Part shown: positions 24,586-38,086 of the stretch, piece after piece
How positions within the stretch are numbered: the stretch's first letter is position 1
How the letters are laid out: the number at the start of each line of letters is the position of its first letter
Assembly (NCBI RefSeq): GCF_018977255.1
Contig: NW_024704743.1
Coordinates: 70,248,001-70,312,000, forward strand
Direction: 5' to 3'
DNA: 64,000 bases
Source: Callorhinchus milii
Taxonomy: Eukaryota
Notes under the pieces: model-generated
Told to the model about the DNA's origin: nothing
The model's input: the letters and a program-made list of their open reading frames with translations, nothing else
Databases searched by the model: none
Translations under genes and position numbers: made by a program

Positions 24586-26189
24586 CTGTAAATTAAATTG
24601 ACATCTGCATATGAGAATACAATAGTTACTAATATCATTAATTTTGAGCTTTATCTAAACATTGTAGTCTTATTATTTTGAAAATAATTCAACAATAACA
24701 GAAAGTGACCAGCAAACACAAATGTTAATAGGAATTCAAGGTACATGTACTTGTATGTGGAAAATCTGGCAATTAATTAGATAAATAAGAAAACTTTAAA
24801 AATCCTGATAAATTCTGGCTAAAGTATGAATCTGTGATGATGACATCATAAGAGATGGGAAGGATACCTAAAATGGTGTCAGGAATGTGAGGGATTTTGT
24901 GCTACCTGTCCTGTAAAGAGTTAATCCGATGACTTGCTCTTTAGTCAATTTGCCTGTTTTAAATTACAAAAGTTTGCAGTAAATTTGCATCTATGGGCAA
25001 ACAGGTGTCCAAGAAGAAGTCTGAGTTAATTTGAGTTAAATCACCAGTGAACTGAAATTCCACTTGGCATCACATGTGGCTTCTTTGGTGATGTTGGTCA
25101 CTGAAGGGATTTTCCCATTATAATCGCACATCACCAAAGGCACCTAACGCCAACCAGAATTTCGCTTGCATATGTCAAGTAATGCTCCAGCATTTTGATC
25201 TTTGAAAGTTACCCCACTGAAATCAGGAGCATTTTTAAAGTACAATGAATTTCCAAGTGCAAGTAAGCCCAATTGTCATAATCTTTAGTCTGGTTGCTTT
25301 GGGAAGAAAAGTAAGTGACCTCCTGAGGCCGTGAACTTTGATTGTGATAATATTACTGCAACAGTAAGAGTTGTGAATTTGATCTGCCATCTCCAGGAGT
25401 TCCACACTTTATATTTTATTTCAGTCTTTTGACTTTTCCCTTATCCTTCAGCTTTTGCATTCAATATATCACTTTTGGCTGTGATTAATTTAAATTTGCT
25501 AAATGCGAGTATTTAGAGTCACTTTATTCACTTTTAGCTTTATTCTTTAATAATATTTTGGTGGTTTAACAAAACTCTTTTTAGCTAATAGATCACAGAC
25601 AATACTTTGCTAAACTCAAAGTAGCTTATTACCACAAGCAAAAGATCCAGGTAAAGTGTTTTTTTAACGTGAAAAAGTAATCTATGAAAGTAGGTTATTA
25701 CGACACATCACTAAGATTGGAAAACTAATGATTCAGATTAATTGTTGGACAGGAGAAAAATTAGCTATGGTGTTGAGCTGAATAATCCATAGACTACATC
25801 TGGAGTTCAAAAATGGCATTGTCTGCAACTAAACCACAACGCCATTCTGTCCAGACTGTACACATTCCATCTTTCAGCTGTGTCCAATGAATTAGACAAG
25901 TGGAGTCCATCTGAATTGCATACTAAATGCTGAATCAAAGCTGATGTACTTTGATTAATTCTGGTAGATGATAATTTACAAATATCGCACTTTGATTAAT
26001 TCTGCTAGATGAGGTCTAGAGATCTATATCGTGATAACTCCAAAACATCTGAAGTGATGGATTCAGTGACATCCATTTAAATGCTCTGAGTTGCTACCTT
26101 GCTGTGAAGGGAGCTATATAAATGCAAATTGTTGTTATTGTTAAAACATCCAAGTTAATCTTTTTTTAAGATAAAGGCTTAACCACCAC

Positions 26190-26870
26190 TCTTCCCTTCT
26201 AATCATCAGCTCTGGGTTCAAGTCATCTACATCAGGACTTGAGCTCATAGTTATTATAATAATAATCCTTGCATTTGATATAGCGCTTTTCACATCTTCT
26301 AGACGTCTCCAAGCGCTTCACAGAATAGACTAATGTGAATTGACTGTATATTTGTGGGCAAAACGGGGCAGCCAATTGCACACAGCAGTGTCCCACAAAC
26401 AGTCATGGAACAAAGTGACCAATTTATTATTGTTTTTTTTTCTTGAGTGATTATTATCAGGCATATGGAGTAAGGAAACTTGCCCAAAGTTTCACCCTGC
26501 CGGGAATCGAACCCAGGTCTCTTGCTTGCAAAACGAGTGCTCTAAACGCTGAGCTACAGGACTCCACTAGTTCAAACTGTTCCTCTAGTGCAGGACTGCG
26601 GGAGTGCTGCATTCTTGGAGCTGCCATTCTTTGGATGTGATGTTCAAGCTGAGGTCTTGCCCCAAGTGAATGGCAAAAAGATCCCATGACACTATCTGAA
26701 AAGAGAAAGGAATTTCTTCAAGTGTATTAGCTAACAATCCTCCAGATAAATTACCCATTCACCTCAAATTGCAAATTAGCTGCTATGTTTTCTGACAAAT
26801 AAATCACTACACTTAACCATTCCCTGTGAAGCACTGTAGGTGCACTATCAAACTCAAGGATCAATATAAT
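26190..26870 (+). mobile_element. SacSINE1-like DeuSINE interrupted by a full-length Ala-SINE (26254-26565, minus)
   Basis: Head gggttcaagtc..gacttgagctcatag resumes after the insert with gtgcaggactgcgggagtgctgc; tagtt is repeated at the junctions. Confidence 0.8.
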
Positions 26871-27016
26871 TACACACAATTAAAATATGGACCTGGCTAT
26901 TAAAAAAATGTAAATCATTGGTCAAAGTCACTAACAAGATATAGAATATGTTCAACCAGGCCTCTCTCTGCCTCCTTAGCCTCCTCGACCTCTCTGCTGC
27001 CTTCGACGCCTTATTT

Positions 27017-27390
27017 GGAGTCCTGTAGCTCAGTGGTCAGTGCACTCACCTCGCAAGCAAGAGATCTGGGTTTGATCTGGGGGGCGAAATGTTCTGCAAG
27101 TTTCCTTACTCCACACTCCTCTGTTTATCTAGCGGTAAGTAGGAACCCAGTTGTTAGTCAATTGGCGGATCGCTTTTCCGGGGATAATAATCCTTCAAAA
27201 CAACCAATAATAATTTGGTCACTCAATCCACAACTGCTTGTGGGACACTGCTGTGTGCAATTGGCTGCCGTGTTTCACCCACAAATATACAGTCAATTCA
27301 CTTTACAGTATACTCTCTGTGAAGCACTTTGAGACGGCTAGAGGACCTGAAAAGTTCTATATCAAATTCAAGGATTATTATTTATTATTT
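27017..27390 (+). mobile_element. Ala-SINE, long variant
   Basis: Head plus extra ctgtttatctagcggtaagtaggaacccagttgttagtc segment, Deu core and tail. Confidence 0.9.
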
Positions 27391-27391
27391 A

Positions 27392-27582
27392 CAAGACCTG
27401 CTTCAAGACCCTCCTCTTCGACCGAGCCTTCGGTCACCCTCGTTTCCCCCCTGCTCTCCCCCCTCACCAATCCCAACCCCCAATTTGGGTCTGAAACACT
27501 GACTGTCCGGTGCCTTGGGACATCCTCCTGACGTGAAAGGCGCTATACAAATGTAATTTTGTTGTCGTCGTTTGTTGTTATT
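27392..27582 (+). mobile_element. L2 3' fragment
   Basis: ttcaagaccctcctcttcgaccgagccttc...gacgtgaaaggcgctatacaaatg..gttgt. Confidence 0.85.
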
Positions 27583-28247
27583 CATTCAATGAACGGGTTG
27601 ATACTAAAACTGTCAGTATTTAGCAATGTCTTGCAGAATGACATGACACAGGAGATGCTCATTTTCTATTTTGCCAGTTTGTTGGAAGCCCCAAGCTCTC
27701 TTCAGAGGAATTTCCTTTCCCCCCTTTCAAAACAGCATTTCATGCCAATTAACCTCAGTTAAACAATGTAAAATGCAGTTTGAAGATGATCAGACAGCAT
27801 ATAATTGTTTTCTTGCAATAGCCAGTTGTGAGTAGAATGCTTCTACAAACTGCTGAACTATCTTAAACCAAGTCTTGCATTAAATTATATTTTAATGAAT
27901 AATACTAACTGATGGAAATGCAGTGTAGTCTTCTCTCACATTTGAGACAGCTGCAGCATCAACATCAAAGAAAATGTTTTAAATCATTTAAATAAAGAAA
28001 ACATATCTATTATAAAAAGGTTGGGTTTTGAGATGGAATCTGATTTTACATAATGGAAAGCACTTTAAAATCACTTCAAAACATGCAATTCACTTTTTAT
28101 TGAACTTAGAGTTAATAAAATCATTATACATGGGCGAAAAAAACTTTCAGAGTCCCAATCACTTACAATGCAACTCTTTTTAAGAACTGTGAAGAATTGA
28201 CTTTCAAATTAAGATTAAGATTAAATTAAATTAAGATTAAAGTAACT

Positions 28248-28530
28248 TTAGGCAAGTTTCCTTACTCTAGCAGTGAGTAATAAGTAGGAATCCAGTTGAT
28301 AGTCGATTGATGAATTGCTTTCCGGGGTAATAATCCTTTTAAAAAGAAAAAAAAATTGGTAACTCAATCCATGACTGTTGTGGGACACTGCTGTGTGCAA
28401 TTGGCTGCCACATTTTGCCCACAAAATACACAGTGAATTCATTTTACAGTATATCCTGTGAAGCGCTTTGAGACGTGTGCATTACGTAATAAGGCACTGT
28501 ATCAAATGCATTAATTGTATTATTATTATA
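28248..28530 (+). mobile_element. 5'-truncated Ala-SINE, long variant
   Basis: ggcaagtttccttactc...agtaggaatccagttg, Deu core, tail. Confidence 0.85.
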
Positions 28531-29427
28531 AGAGTTTTCCAAAATGATGTACAATCTTAAATCTTACTTCATAAGATAATGGTTTTAAGGCTAAATACTT
28601 GAGCAATGTGGGGCCTCTAGTAACTAGGCTTCTCACCTTCCCATGGGATGGTAAATCACTAAGGATGTTATGACCATAAAACTGCTCTTTCAACATGATA
28701 GTAAACACCAAAAACTAACTATAGTTGATCACTCAGAACTCCTTGTCAGCAAGGAACAATTGATTTCAAATATTCATTCTGTCTTGAAAACCCGATCTGT
28801 AATAAAATGAAGAGGAAGAATTGATCCCTGGAAGGGTTGCAGCAGTGCTGTTTGTGTTTTCCGGTTGAATTATTAATGCTTCTTTCTGTTTGTAATTATG
28901 TGGGTTTATAGAATGTCTGTGACTCTAAACCTTTAAGAAAAGAATTGGTTTGGTAATGTCAATAATCACTTATTCAGCGGACATGTGATTTTGGAAGGCT
29001 TTTAAGAGATTTGATGAAAATACTGCAAATTTTCCCAGAAATGCCATTATTATTTGATGATTGTTGTGAGCTGTTTTTCTCCTCTTCAATAATGATGTTA
29101 TTATTAACCCCTGAATTGAAAATAAATCACCAAACTTATCTAATTTTATACAGAGAAGTATATTGTTTGCTTTCGTTTTCCCACTTATATCTCTATTCCC
29201 TCAGAATTATTTTGCTCAAATTGATATTAAACATTAAAAGACGTTGTAATTAACTAAAATCAATATTTGGAAAATAATTGGAAAAATTGGCAAAAATTAA
29301 GAAACACGTTAGAACTTTTATTCCAGTGGATGTTCCAGCCGGTTAACTCTGCCACACAGATCACTGAAGCACACATGTGAACTGTACTTTACCCCGTTAT
29401 TTCTTTACCCAATGAGAGAATAGAATT

Positions 29428-29975
29428 CCATAGAATCTGCAGCATTAAAACCGGCTATTCGGCCCAACTAGTCTTTACTAGTGCACATGAACTTCCCCTC
29501 TCCTTATCCCCTCCCCAGTTTAGTCTATTCCCAAACCCTCCTATTCCCCTTTCATGTTTACATTGAGATTTTCATGAAATGCACTGAAGCTTTCTACTTC
29601 AACCACAGCTTCTAGCAGTGAGTAGCGTATTCTCACCACCCTCATGTAAAGAAGTTTCCTCCTAACTCTCCTAGTTTGTTTGTGGATAGCTTATACTTAT
29701 CCCCCTTTTTATAGACTGGTCAACCAGTGGAAACAGCCTATTTATGTCCGTTTTCTCAAGAAACACTTCCTCATTCAAAGGTTGAATGCACTGCTCCGGA
29801 AGAATGAGAGGCAAGATCAACTGAGATATTTAAAAGGGAAATGGATAGCTGTGTGGGAAGTCAAGGTATTAAACGGTGGGTGGAAATGCGATTAAAAGAA
29901 CAGCAATGACCTAAAACATTTATGGAACAGTCCCAATGGATTGAATTGTCTCTTCCTGTTCCTAGGTTTCTAACT
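29428..29975. mobile_element. Two old CR1 3' fragments in opposite orientation
   Basis: Reverse catagaatc..ggctattcggccca.. and forward aaacacttcctcattcaaagg...ttcctgttcct. Confidence 0.55.
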
Positions 29976-30227
29976 AGTGTTATATTGAAAGGTTGGAACG
30001 CGAGCAATAATTGTGTCAAATCAAATTTTGAATACTTTCCATTTGATTACCTTTGGGGATCAGGAATATCTATACAAAGCTTTTCCCCCAGGAGAGGGCG
30101 GAAAGAATTCCTGATGGCTTTCATGGTCTGTGGAAGGAGCAGACATGATGAGCTGTTATATTCTTGCTTCTCTGATTCACAATACATTGCTCATCACTGA
30201 CATTCTTCATCTGTGCACATCAAGAAA

Positions 30228-30848
30228 CAACACAACAACAAAAACAACAAAATTACATGTGTAAAGCGCCTCTCACGTTGGGAGGATATCGCAAGGCCCT
30301 GGACAGTCAGGGATCAGGACACGAGCGTGGGGGGGCAGGGTTGAGATGAGGGAGGGCAGAGGGGGTAGGAGGGCAGCTGAAGGCATGGTCAAAAAGGAGG
30401 GTCTTGAGTTGTGCCTTCAAGGAGGCGAAAGAAGGAGCAAAGCGAAGGGATTGTGGGATAGGGTTCCAAAGAGTGGGGACAGAGAGACTGAAAGCCCGGC
30501 CACCGATGGTAGGGGAGGTCGGCGGGAGACATGGAGCTTGCTGAGCAGAGGGAGTGGACAGGTTGATAGAGGATCAAGTGGTCAGAGAGGTAGGAGGGGG
30601 CAAGGCTGTGGAGGACCTTGAAAGTGAGGACGAGGGATGGTGAGTCAGGGGAGTTGGGCGAGGGTGGGCGTAATGGGGTCACGGAGCCCGGTGAGGGAGA
30701 GGACACGAGCTGCAGAGCTCTGGATGATCTGCAGCTTGTGGAGGGAAGAGTTGGTGAGACCGACAAGAAGGGAGTTTCCGTAGTCGAGCCTTGAGGTGAC
30801 GAATGCGTGTATGAGTGTTTCGATTGCCTGAGGGGTGAGGTTGTGTCT
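30228..30848 (-). mobile_element. L2 LINE 3' fragment
   Basis: [34 protein letters not shown] motif; (caa)n tail. Confidence 0.92.
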
Positions 30849-32818
30849 CACAAAATTAACTCCTGAGTGTTAATCTATTGCTGTATTTGGAGGTATATAA
30901 TGCCCTATGTAGTTGAAGTGTTGATGTAGTCATGTTGGTGACAGTAGTGGTGACAGCGATGCTGTGTTTGCAAGAAGTTCTGGTTAATTCTAAACCTATG
31001 TCCTCTAGTTATGTGCTTACAGGTGCTTTCCTATTAATTGCAATTTCAGGCATGTTGGCTTTGGAAGTATGGACAAAATAGTGTTTGCACACCACCTGGT
31101 TTTAACAGCAGAAATGTCAGGTTTTCTGCAGGGTGATTCAGTTCAGTTATTATGACCAAATTGAATTCTGTCTCTCCAGCTAGTTTGAGGCAACCTGCGT
31201 TGAATTTTGGGCAACCTCTCCTTACCCCTTGACTTCTGAGATCTAAAGTTTCTCATAGTCTAACATTTTTAAACTGTGCAGAATTTTTGAAAATTCTTGA
31301 ATCCAGTCTTCATTTACAAGCCAGATTTCTGCAGTCTTTAAAAAAAGGTCTTTGCATTGTGCTTGAATTCCCTTCTTTCCATTTACATGAAGTATGATTT
31401 ATAGCTTTGACTAACTGGATGGTGGGAGATTTTTAGCTCTTTTTAGGGCTATCTTAGGACTAGGTGCAGACACTACTCACAAATAAATAGTGGTTTAATT
31501 TGCGGATTGTGTTACCAATGTGTAAACATTGTACAGAGGGAATTACAAGTTCCCTACGTATTGGAGTGGTATATATGTATACGTAAAGGCACCAGTAATT
31601 CCTTTTGTACATATTGCTTTCACGCATGGTTTACACAATTTACACTCTTGGCTCCGGAGTCTCCTCAGTAGGTGAGCAATGGAAATTAAAATATTTTCTT
31701 GCTTTAGAGAACAATGGATCACTTTGCACTACATCAGTCACAAAAGCAGAAAAACAACATTGTCAAAGCATTCTGTTGCTATGGTTGTGATTGAATAGTT
31801 TTTCTTTGAATCCCTGTACTTCTGGCATCAGACTACATGTCGCCACTATTCATAGTTTCCCATCATCTTGTTTGAGAGCAGGTTGGTGTGAAACATTTCT
31901 GGATCAATATTCAATCTTATATCATTATCCTGAAAAAGGGTTCATATATTTGATTTCCTAATATAATAATCTGTTTTTTTTTAAATTATCACTAATTATT
32001 ATGTGGGATTATTCCTTAGATGTCGACTATTGAATTGCTATGGATTAACTTTCCTTTTTGGATTGCTCATGGGTTTGTAATAAGTGTTTTTTGGAAGATC
32101 TATATGCCTCCGTTTTATATATTTGTTGAAACTTCTTAAAATATTTCTACGATTTTTAAATGTTGGGTTGGAAACAGTGACTAGCTGTGTACAATCTATA
32201 GCTGGTTTCTGTTTATATTCTCTTGGAATAACCAACACATAAAAAATCATTATTATTTGGTTTGTAACTTCAAGTGATACAAATGTTCTTAACTGTTATA
32301 CAGAATATGGTCCTGAAAAGTACTATCTACATCTTGTAATTTAAATCAGCTCTAAAGAAGGTATTAAATACACTGTCACATTGTTTTACTACTGAATTAA
32401 CATGGTTCAAAACTGCAATCAGTATTTGGAGGACTAGTTCCAGTAAACTGGTTGCCCTTGCCAAAGAGTTTGACTTTGTTTCTCATGACACCCTACATTT
32501 TACTGATGGAAATGAGTCTTCCTGTTGTTTAATCACACTAGTACTGGAGCTGCTGTTACCTTCTGCCAGTTATTTTCACTGACTATGCTATGATCCCCAG
32601 CCTCAAGGATGCCTGGCTATATGTCAATGTGGCTAATTTGAATACATTATAATATTATTTGCATCCTATTTAATTCTTACACATGATTGGAAAATGCAAA
32701 CATGCCTTGACACAATGTACATTAACCGGAGCAATGAATACTAAAAACGCAGCATAAGACATTGAAGGAATGAAAGCAAATAGAATTTAGCCTGTTCTTT
32801 TTTACCTCCAGCTGAGCT

Positions 32819-33160
32819 GGAGTCCTGTAGCTAGCTCAGTGGTTGGAGTATTCATGTCTCAAGCGAGAGACCTGGGTTCGATTTCTGGGCAGGGCAAAAT
32901 GTTTCCTTACTCCACACGCCTTTGTTTACCTAGCAGTAAGTAAGAACCTGGTTGTTAGTCGATTGACACTTTTCCAGGGGTAATACTTCCTTAAAAAAAA
33001 TTGGTTACTTCAATCCACGACTGTGTGTGGGACACTGCTGTGCGCAATTGGCTGCTGCATTTCGCCCACAAAATATACAGTCAATTCACTTTACAGTATA
33101 TTCTGTGAAGCACTTTGAGACATGTGATAAGGCACTATATCAAATTCAAGGTTTAATATT
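32819..33160 (+). mobile_element. Ala-SINE, long variant
   Basis: Head, extra segment, Deu core and tail as in 27017-27390. Confidence 0.9.
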
Positions 33161-34110
33161 ACTGTGAGAGAACTGCACTGTGCTGTGTGGCTGAGTATAG
33201 TTAGTAGGATTATATTTGCAGGCAGTTTGTAACAGTAACAGAGTTATTCACTATACAGAATACATTGCAGTATAATTAGTTAAAACTTGACAACTTCCAC
33301 ACATAACTTGTCATCACAATGCCCTACAACATAAGTTATATCATTAACTTACATGTATTGATAGAACACAGTATTCATGATCTGGTATCATCTGTACTAC
33401 CAGACAGAACTCTCGTGAGTAAATCAATTTGAATTATGGGCTATGCTTGTTGCTGTTAAAAAAAATCCATGTTATACTAAAAAAAGCGAGTAGAGGCAAT
33501 AATTGCGGGATTATAAGAAGATTACTCATTCTCTTATTGAATAAGCATTTAAGTAATATAATTTTTTGACATTGTTAGTGCATTTGCCATTGAAGTTTCC
33601 AGTTGGCTAAACTCTATAATTTTTTTTTAGTTGCTCTTCACATATCCAGTTTGTATTGAATGTGAAAGCAAGATTGTCAGCCAGCAACTTTGTATGAGTT
33701 ACACACCCTGCACTTTCTTTAAAATATACTAGTGATTTATAAGAGGCATTAGGGGTGTGCTCAATTATATAAACGGCAGGGTCCCAGAGCTGTCACCAGA
33801 TTTTTTTTCCACACAGATAAGTATCAAGCTGGCTCAGAAAGTAGCATTCATTGTGTAATTACATGAACTGGTGCAGAGGAACCTCTTAAACCAATCAATG
33901 AATCATTTTGAAACGGGTAGTTTTTTTCGAAAGAACAAGATTTACTGATTACTCGATTGTAATGAAAGTAAATTAAGACTTGTAATAAATTTCTTCCTTT
34001 GCAATACACACTCTCTCAGACCTGATGTTTAGCTTTCCTTCTGTGTTTGGTTTCAGTCAGGTGGTTCCACATTTACTGCAGGGGATATAGAATGTACATG
34101 CAGATAGAGG

Positions 34111-34438
<328 letters not shown>

Positions 34439-35363
34439 AGTCAGAGTTATTCACTAGATCAGCTGTTGTATGAATCTGCCCACATTCAGATTAACAGTCA
34501 TTAACATTCACTTTTCTGGAAGCAGGGTAAATTTTACAGATTATGTTACAAATTCTCGTGGATTTAGTATTTACCTTACTCCAAATAGGGTGAAGAAAAG
34601 TGTTTCGTAACAGATTTGATGTCACCATTTTGATGTGATAATATTAATCGCATCAAAATTGTTACATCAAATCTGATCATGTTTTTCACCCACTAAATAT
34701 ACAGTCAACTCACTTTATAGTATATTCTGTGAAGCGCTTTCAGACGTCTTGAAGACTTGATAAGGCGCTATATCAAATGCTAGGATTATTATTGTTGAAT
34801 TTGTTAGCAAACATTGCATTTTTCAGCCTAATGATTCACTATTTAAGATTTATCTCAAATTCTGGCCTGTTGTGCAATTCATTAAATTCATCTTTTCTGA
34901 CTCAGTACTTAGAAATTCTCTTCAGTGCTTAAATATTGGCTTTTATTCCTTGTTTGTGGCTGGACTTATGCACCATTTAAGGTTTGTTTTATATTATTCA
35001 CTTCCAGATTTCCAGGCTGCTTTCCTTCTCTGCTATTTGGATTTCTCTTTAACTATCTTATTTAATTTTTACCTCCCACTCTCTTCCCTGGTTTTACTGT
35101 AGTAATTCTTTCAGCTGTTCTACTTTTATCTTGCCTTCCTTGCAGGTGTCCTATCTCTGTTTCACTTCGTTTCTGGTTTGAATAGTTTTTCGACCGTGCC
35201 TATGGTCATCTACCGCTCCCCTGGCTTTGGCGTCGTGCTCTGCGACTGTCAAGTGCTCTGGGATGCTACCTTGTGTGCAAGTTGTGTTGTAGCTCTTCCT
35301 TTCTACTGTTCTCAGTCTCTGACAGCTTTATAAGCCCCAATTTCTGTGCATTCTGTAACTTAC

Positions 35364-35498
35364 CATTCAATGGCATTGACGTGTCAGAGCCCACTTCTGG
35401 TGCTTCCTGCACTATAATACATCTCATACCTGTTGAAAGCCTCAATCTGTACATCCCACATAGGATCATCCATTACGTCCACTTTCTGCCAGCATTCC
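35364..35498 (-). pseudogene. Exon remnant, 135 bp, phase 2-2
   Basis: Acceptor ttttttccaccaag, donor gtaagt. Reads ECWQKVDVMDDPMWDVQIEAFNRYEMYYSAGSTRSGL*HVNAIEW with a single in-frame TGA. Confidence 0.65.
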
Positions 35499-35811
35499 CT
35501 TGGTGGAAAAAAATCAATAAGGTAAGGCACATCTCATACAATCCATTTTTCACAACACTCAGGAAGCAAACTATTTCCTCTTCACAGACTTCCTTCTTTA
35601 CGGATGTTTGTCTCTATTAAAATTTTAACATGTGTTCTGACCTAAGTGACCCTGATTATTTTGCATATGCATATTTCATTTCATTATTACTATTATATGC
35701 AAATACATCCCCCTTCCCTTCTCGCTCAAAGTCGAATCACGCCGCTCTTAAGCCCTCCGCGACAATACCCCCATGAAGGATGCTATATACATGCAAATTG
35801 TTGCTGTTCCC

Positions 35812-36350
35812 TCATTCACCTGAGTGGAAACACAATTGTCTGGTTAGAGTTCTACTTAACCAACCGCCATCACTTCATCTCCGCAAACATTTTTTCCCCC
35901 CACCCCTGCCTAGCCACTTTCGGCGTACCCCAAGGCTCCATCTTTGGCCCCTTCTATTCCTTATTTACAAGTTCTCTCTCAATGATGTCATTCACATCAA
36001 CAACTTCCACATGTTTGCGGACAACACCTAAATCTATTTCTCCTCCTCCAGCTGCGACCCCAGATCCACTGTTGTTTTGTCAGTTTATTTGTCAGATATC
36101 AAGACCTGGATGAGTGCAAACTTCCAGCAGTTCAACGTTGACATGACTGAAGCCATACTCCTTGGCCCCCGTCAATGGCATTTCTTCTGCGGCTCTGACC
36201 TCCTCAACCTCCCCAACCTAGCCCTCAAACTTACCAAACCTATACATAACCTTGGCATCTGCTTTGATCCCCATCTCTGCTTCCTGCCCCACATCTAGTC
36301 CCTGACCTGGACAGCTTTCCTCCAGCTTCGTCACATTGCCTGCCTCTAAC
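35812..36350 (+). mobile_element. Degenerate L2 RT-domain fragment
   Basis: WLEFYLTNR, FGVPQGSIFGP, HMFADNT, LSDIKTWMSANF and NLGICFDP motifs. Confidence 0.9.
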
Positions 36351-36929
36351 CACAGTGCCTCAATCAGAACAAAATTTTACTTAATTGAGAAAACAAAATC
36401 AATTTTTACATTGTTACATAAACCAATAACCTAGTATTATGAAATTAATAGTGACTAATAGATTTATTTTCCTTTGTACAAATTATTCAATGGTTTTGTG
36501 CAACTGTGCTAAATGTTGGAAATATATCTAATCTAGGATAGTCCTAGTTGGGCAAGGATAATATAACTTGCTAGTGATTGGTGTCTAGTTAGTGTAATCC
36601 TTACCAAAGTATGTCTGGGTGGGAATTGGACCCCAAATACTTTAACAGCTAATTCATTGATCAGCAAAAATTGATGATAAATGAAATCTGACATTAATAG
36701 GAAATATGATTACTAGCTGTGTCCACTATTGATTTATTTTAATTTATTTTTTGTAATTATTATGACCTCTAATGGACATTGTATTCACTAATAAAGATGC
36801 TATTTGGTATCATTCTTATTTGGGCGAACTAGGGCCCAAAAGTCATCAATAGTTTCATTCAACTAATCGCAGGAAGTCACCAGGGATGAGTTGTTAGAAA
36901 TACACAGTCACTAAACATTACAGAAACAG

Positions 36930-37118
36930 GATTACAGGATTATTACCCCCGGAAAAGCGAACCGCCAATCGAATAACAACCAGGTTCCTACATACTGGTA
37001 GGTAAACAGAGGTGTGTCCAGTAACGAAACTTGCCTAACATTTCGTCCTTCCTGGGAATCGAACCCAGGTCCTCTTGCGTGCAAGGCGAGTGCTCTAAAC
37101 AATATGCTACAGGACTCC
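36930..37118 (-). mobile_element. Ala-SINE long-variant 5' half
   Basis: Reverse tRNA head and extra segment. Confidence 0.85.
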
Positions 37119-37689
37119 TCAAATTTCAGGACATATGTGAATATGTGATAGTTTGACATTTCTCAAACTGGCTAAGAAAATCCACAACAATGAAGAATAT
37201 CAAGAAAGTAACAGTTACTTTGGTTCATTGTGGGATACTTTTCTGTGGTTGGGATCAAGACTCTTTGTATTTTATCTCATTCATAATATGCCTGATCTTG
37301 GATTGCATGATGCAATTCTCAATTAAGTAAAATTTCTCACTGAAAGAACAAATATTGAGTCTCAGTGGATTAATATTCCTCACTCTGACAAATACAGATT
37401 AGAAACATGAAAATAATAATTCAGTTAAGGCAAAACAAAATGATATTTATATAAAAAAAGCAAGTCAAACTATAACTACCAGGAAAAAAAAGGTAACTAA
37501 GAGCTGAATAGATATGGGGTGCTCACAATCAAACAGTAAAATAAGCTTAAACAAAGAATCAGCACAAACAGATTTGGTCCATTTGAAGACACTAAAAACT
37601 AGTGTGCTGCTTTAAGATGACATGGTCTCTATGGCCTATTGTTGGTATAGTAGAATGGAGCTCTTATTCATATCCCAGATAGACTTATT

Positions 37690-38086
37690 GCCTATCTAGA
37701 CCCCTTAAGTTCCCTAATCCTTTATTACTGGCACGCCAGTAGCTCACAAAGGTGGTTTCCAGAGCTGGAAGATCTGCCAAGTGACTTTGTTTTAAAATTG
37801 GTTGGAAAACTGTCAAGAAATCGCAACATACAAATGGTTCTCACTGTGACTACAAGCAGAGTGGATTATTTTAATTTTTATTAAAATCTCAAAACAATTT
37901 GGGCACCAACCCCTTTTCCTTTCCCCAGTGTTACCCACACCCATCTGTGGGGCTTTTATTGGACTCTCTCCAGAACATCGAGTTAATCTCAAATCCCTGC
38001 ACAGCTTCTGTTAGTGCCTGCGCATTACCCAGTGACGGCTCTTCTAGGGCTCCCAACTTTCTGATACAGTGTGCATTTTGTCACCA
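37690..38086 (-). pseudogene. Two candidate exon remnants (38086-37935; 37809-~37690)
   Basis: AG/GT-bounded first segment (YQKVGSPRRAV). Second follows acceptor tttcttgacag and reads FQPILKQSHLADLPALETTFVSYW. Confidence 0.35.

Noticed and set aside
35364..35498. Selenocysteine or TGA readthrough in the minus-strand gene
   Set aside because: TAA/TAG stops, frameshifts and TE insertions also break other exons and no SECIS was recognised; CpG decay is simpler.
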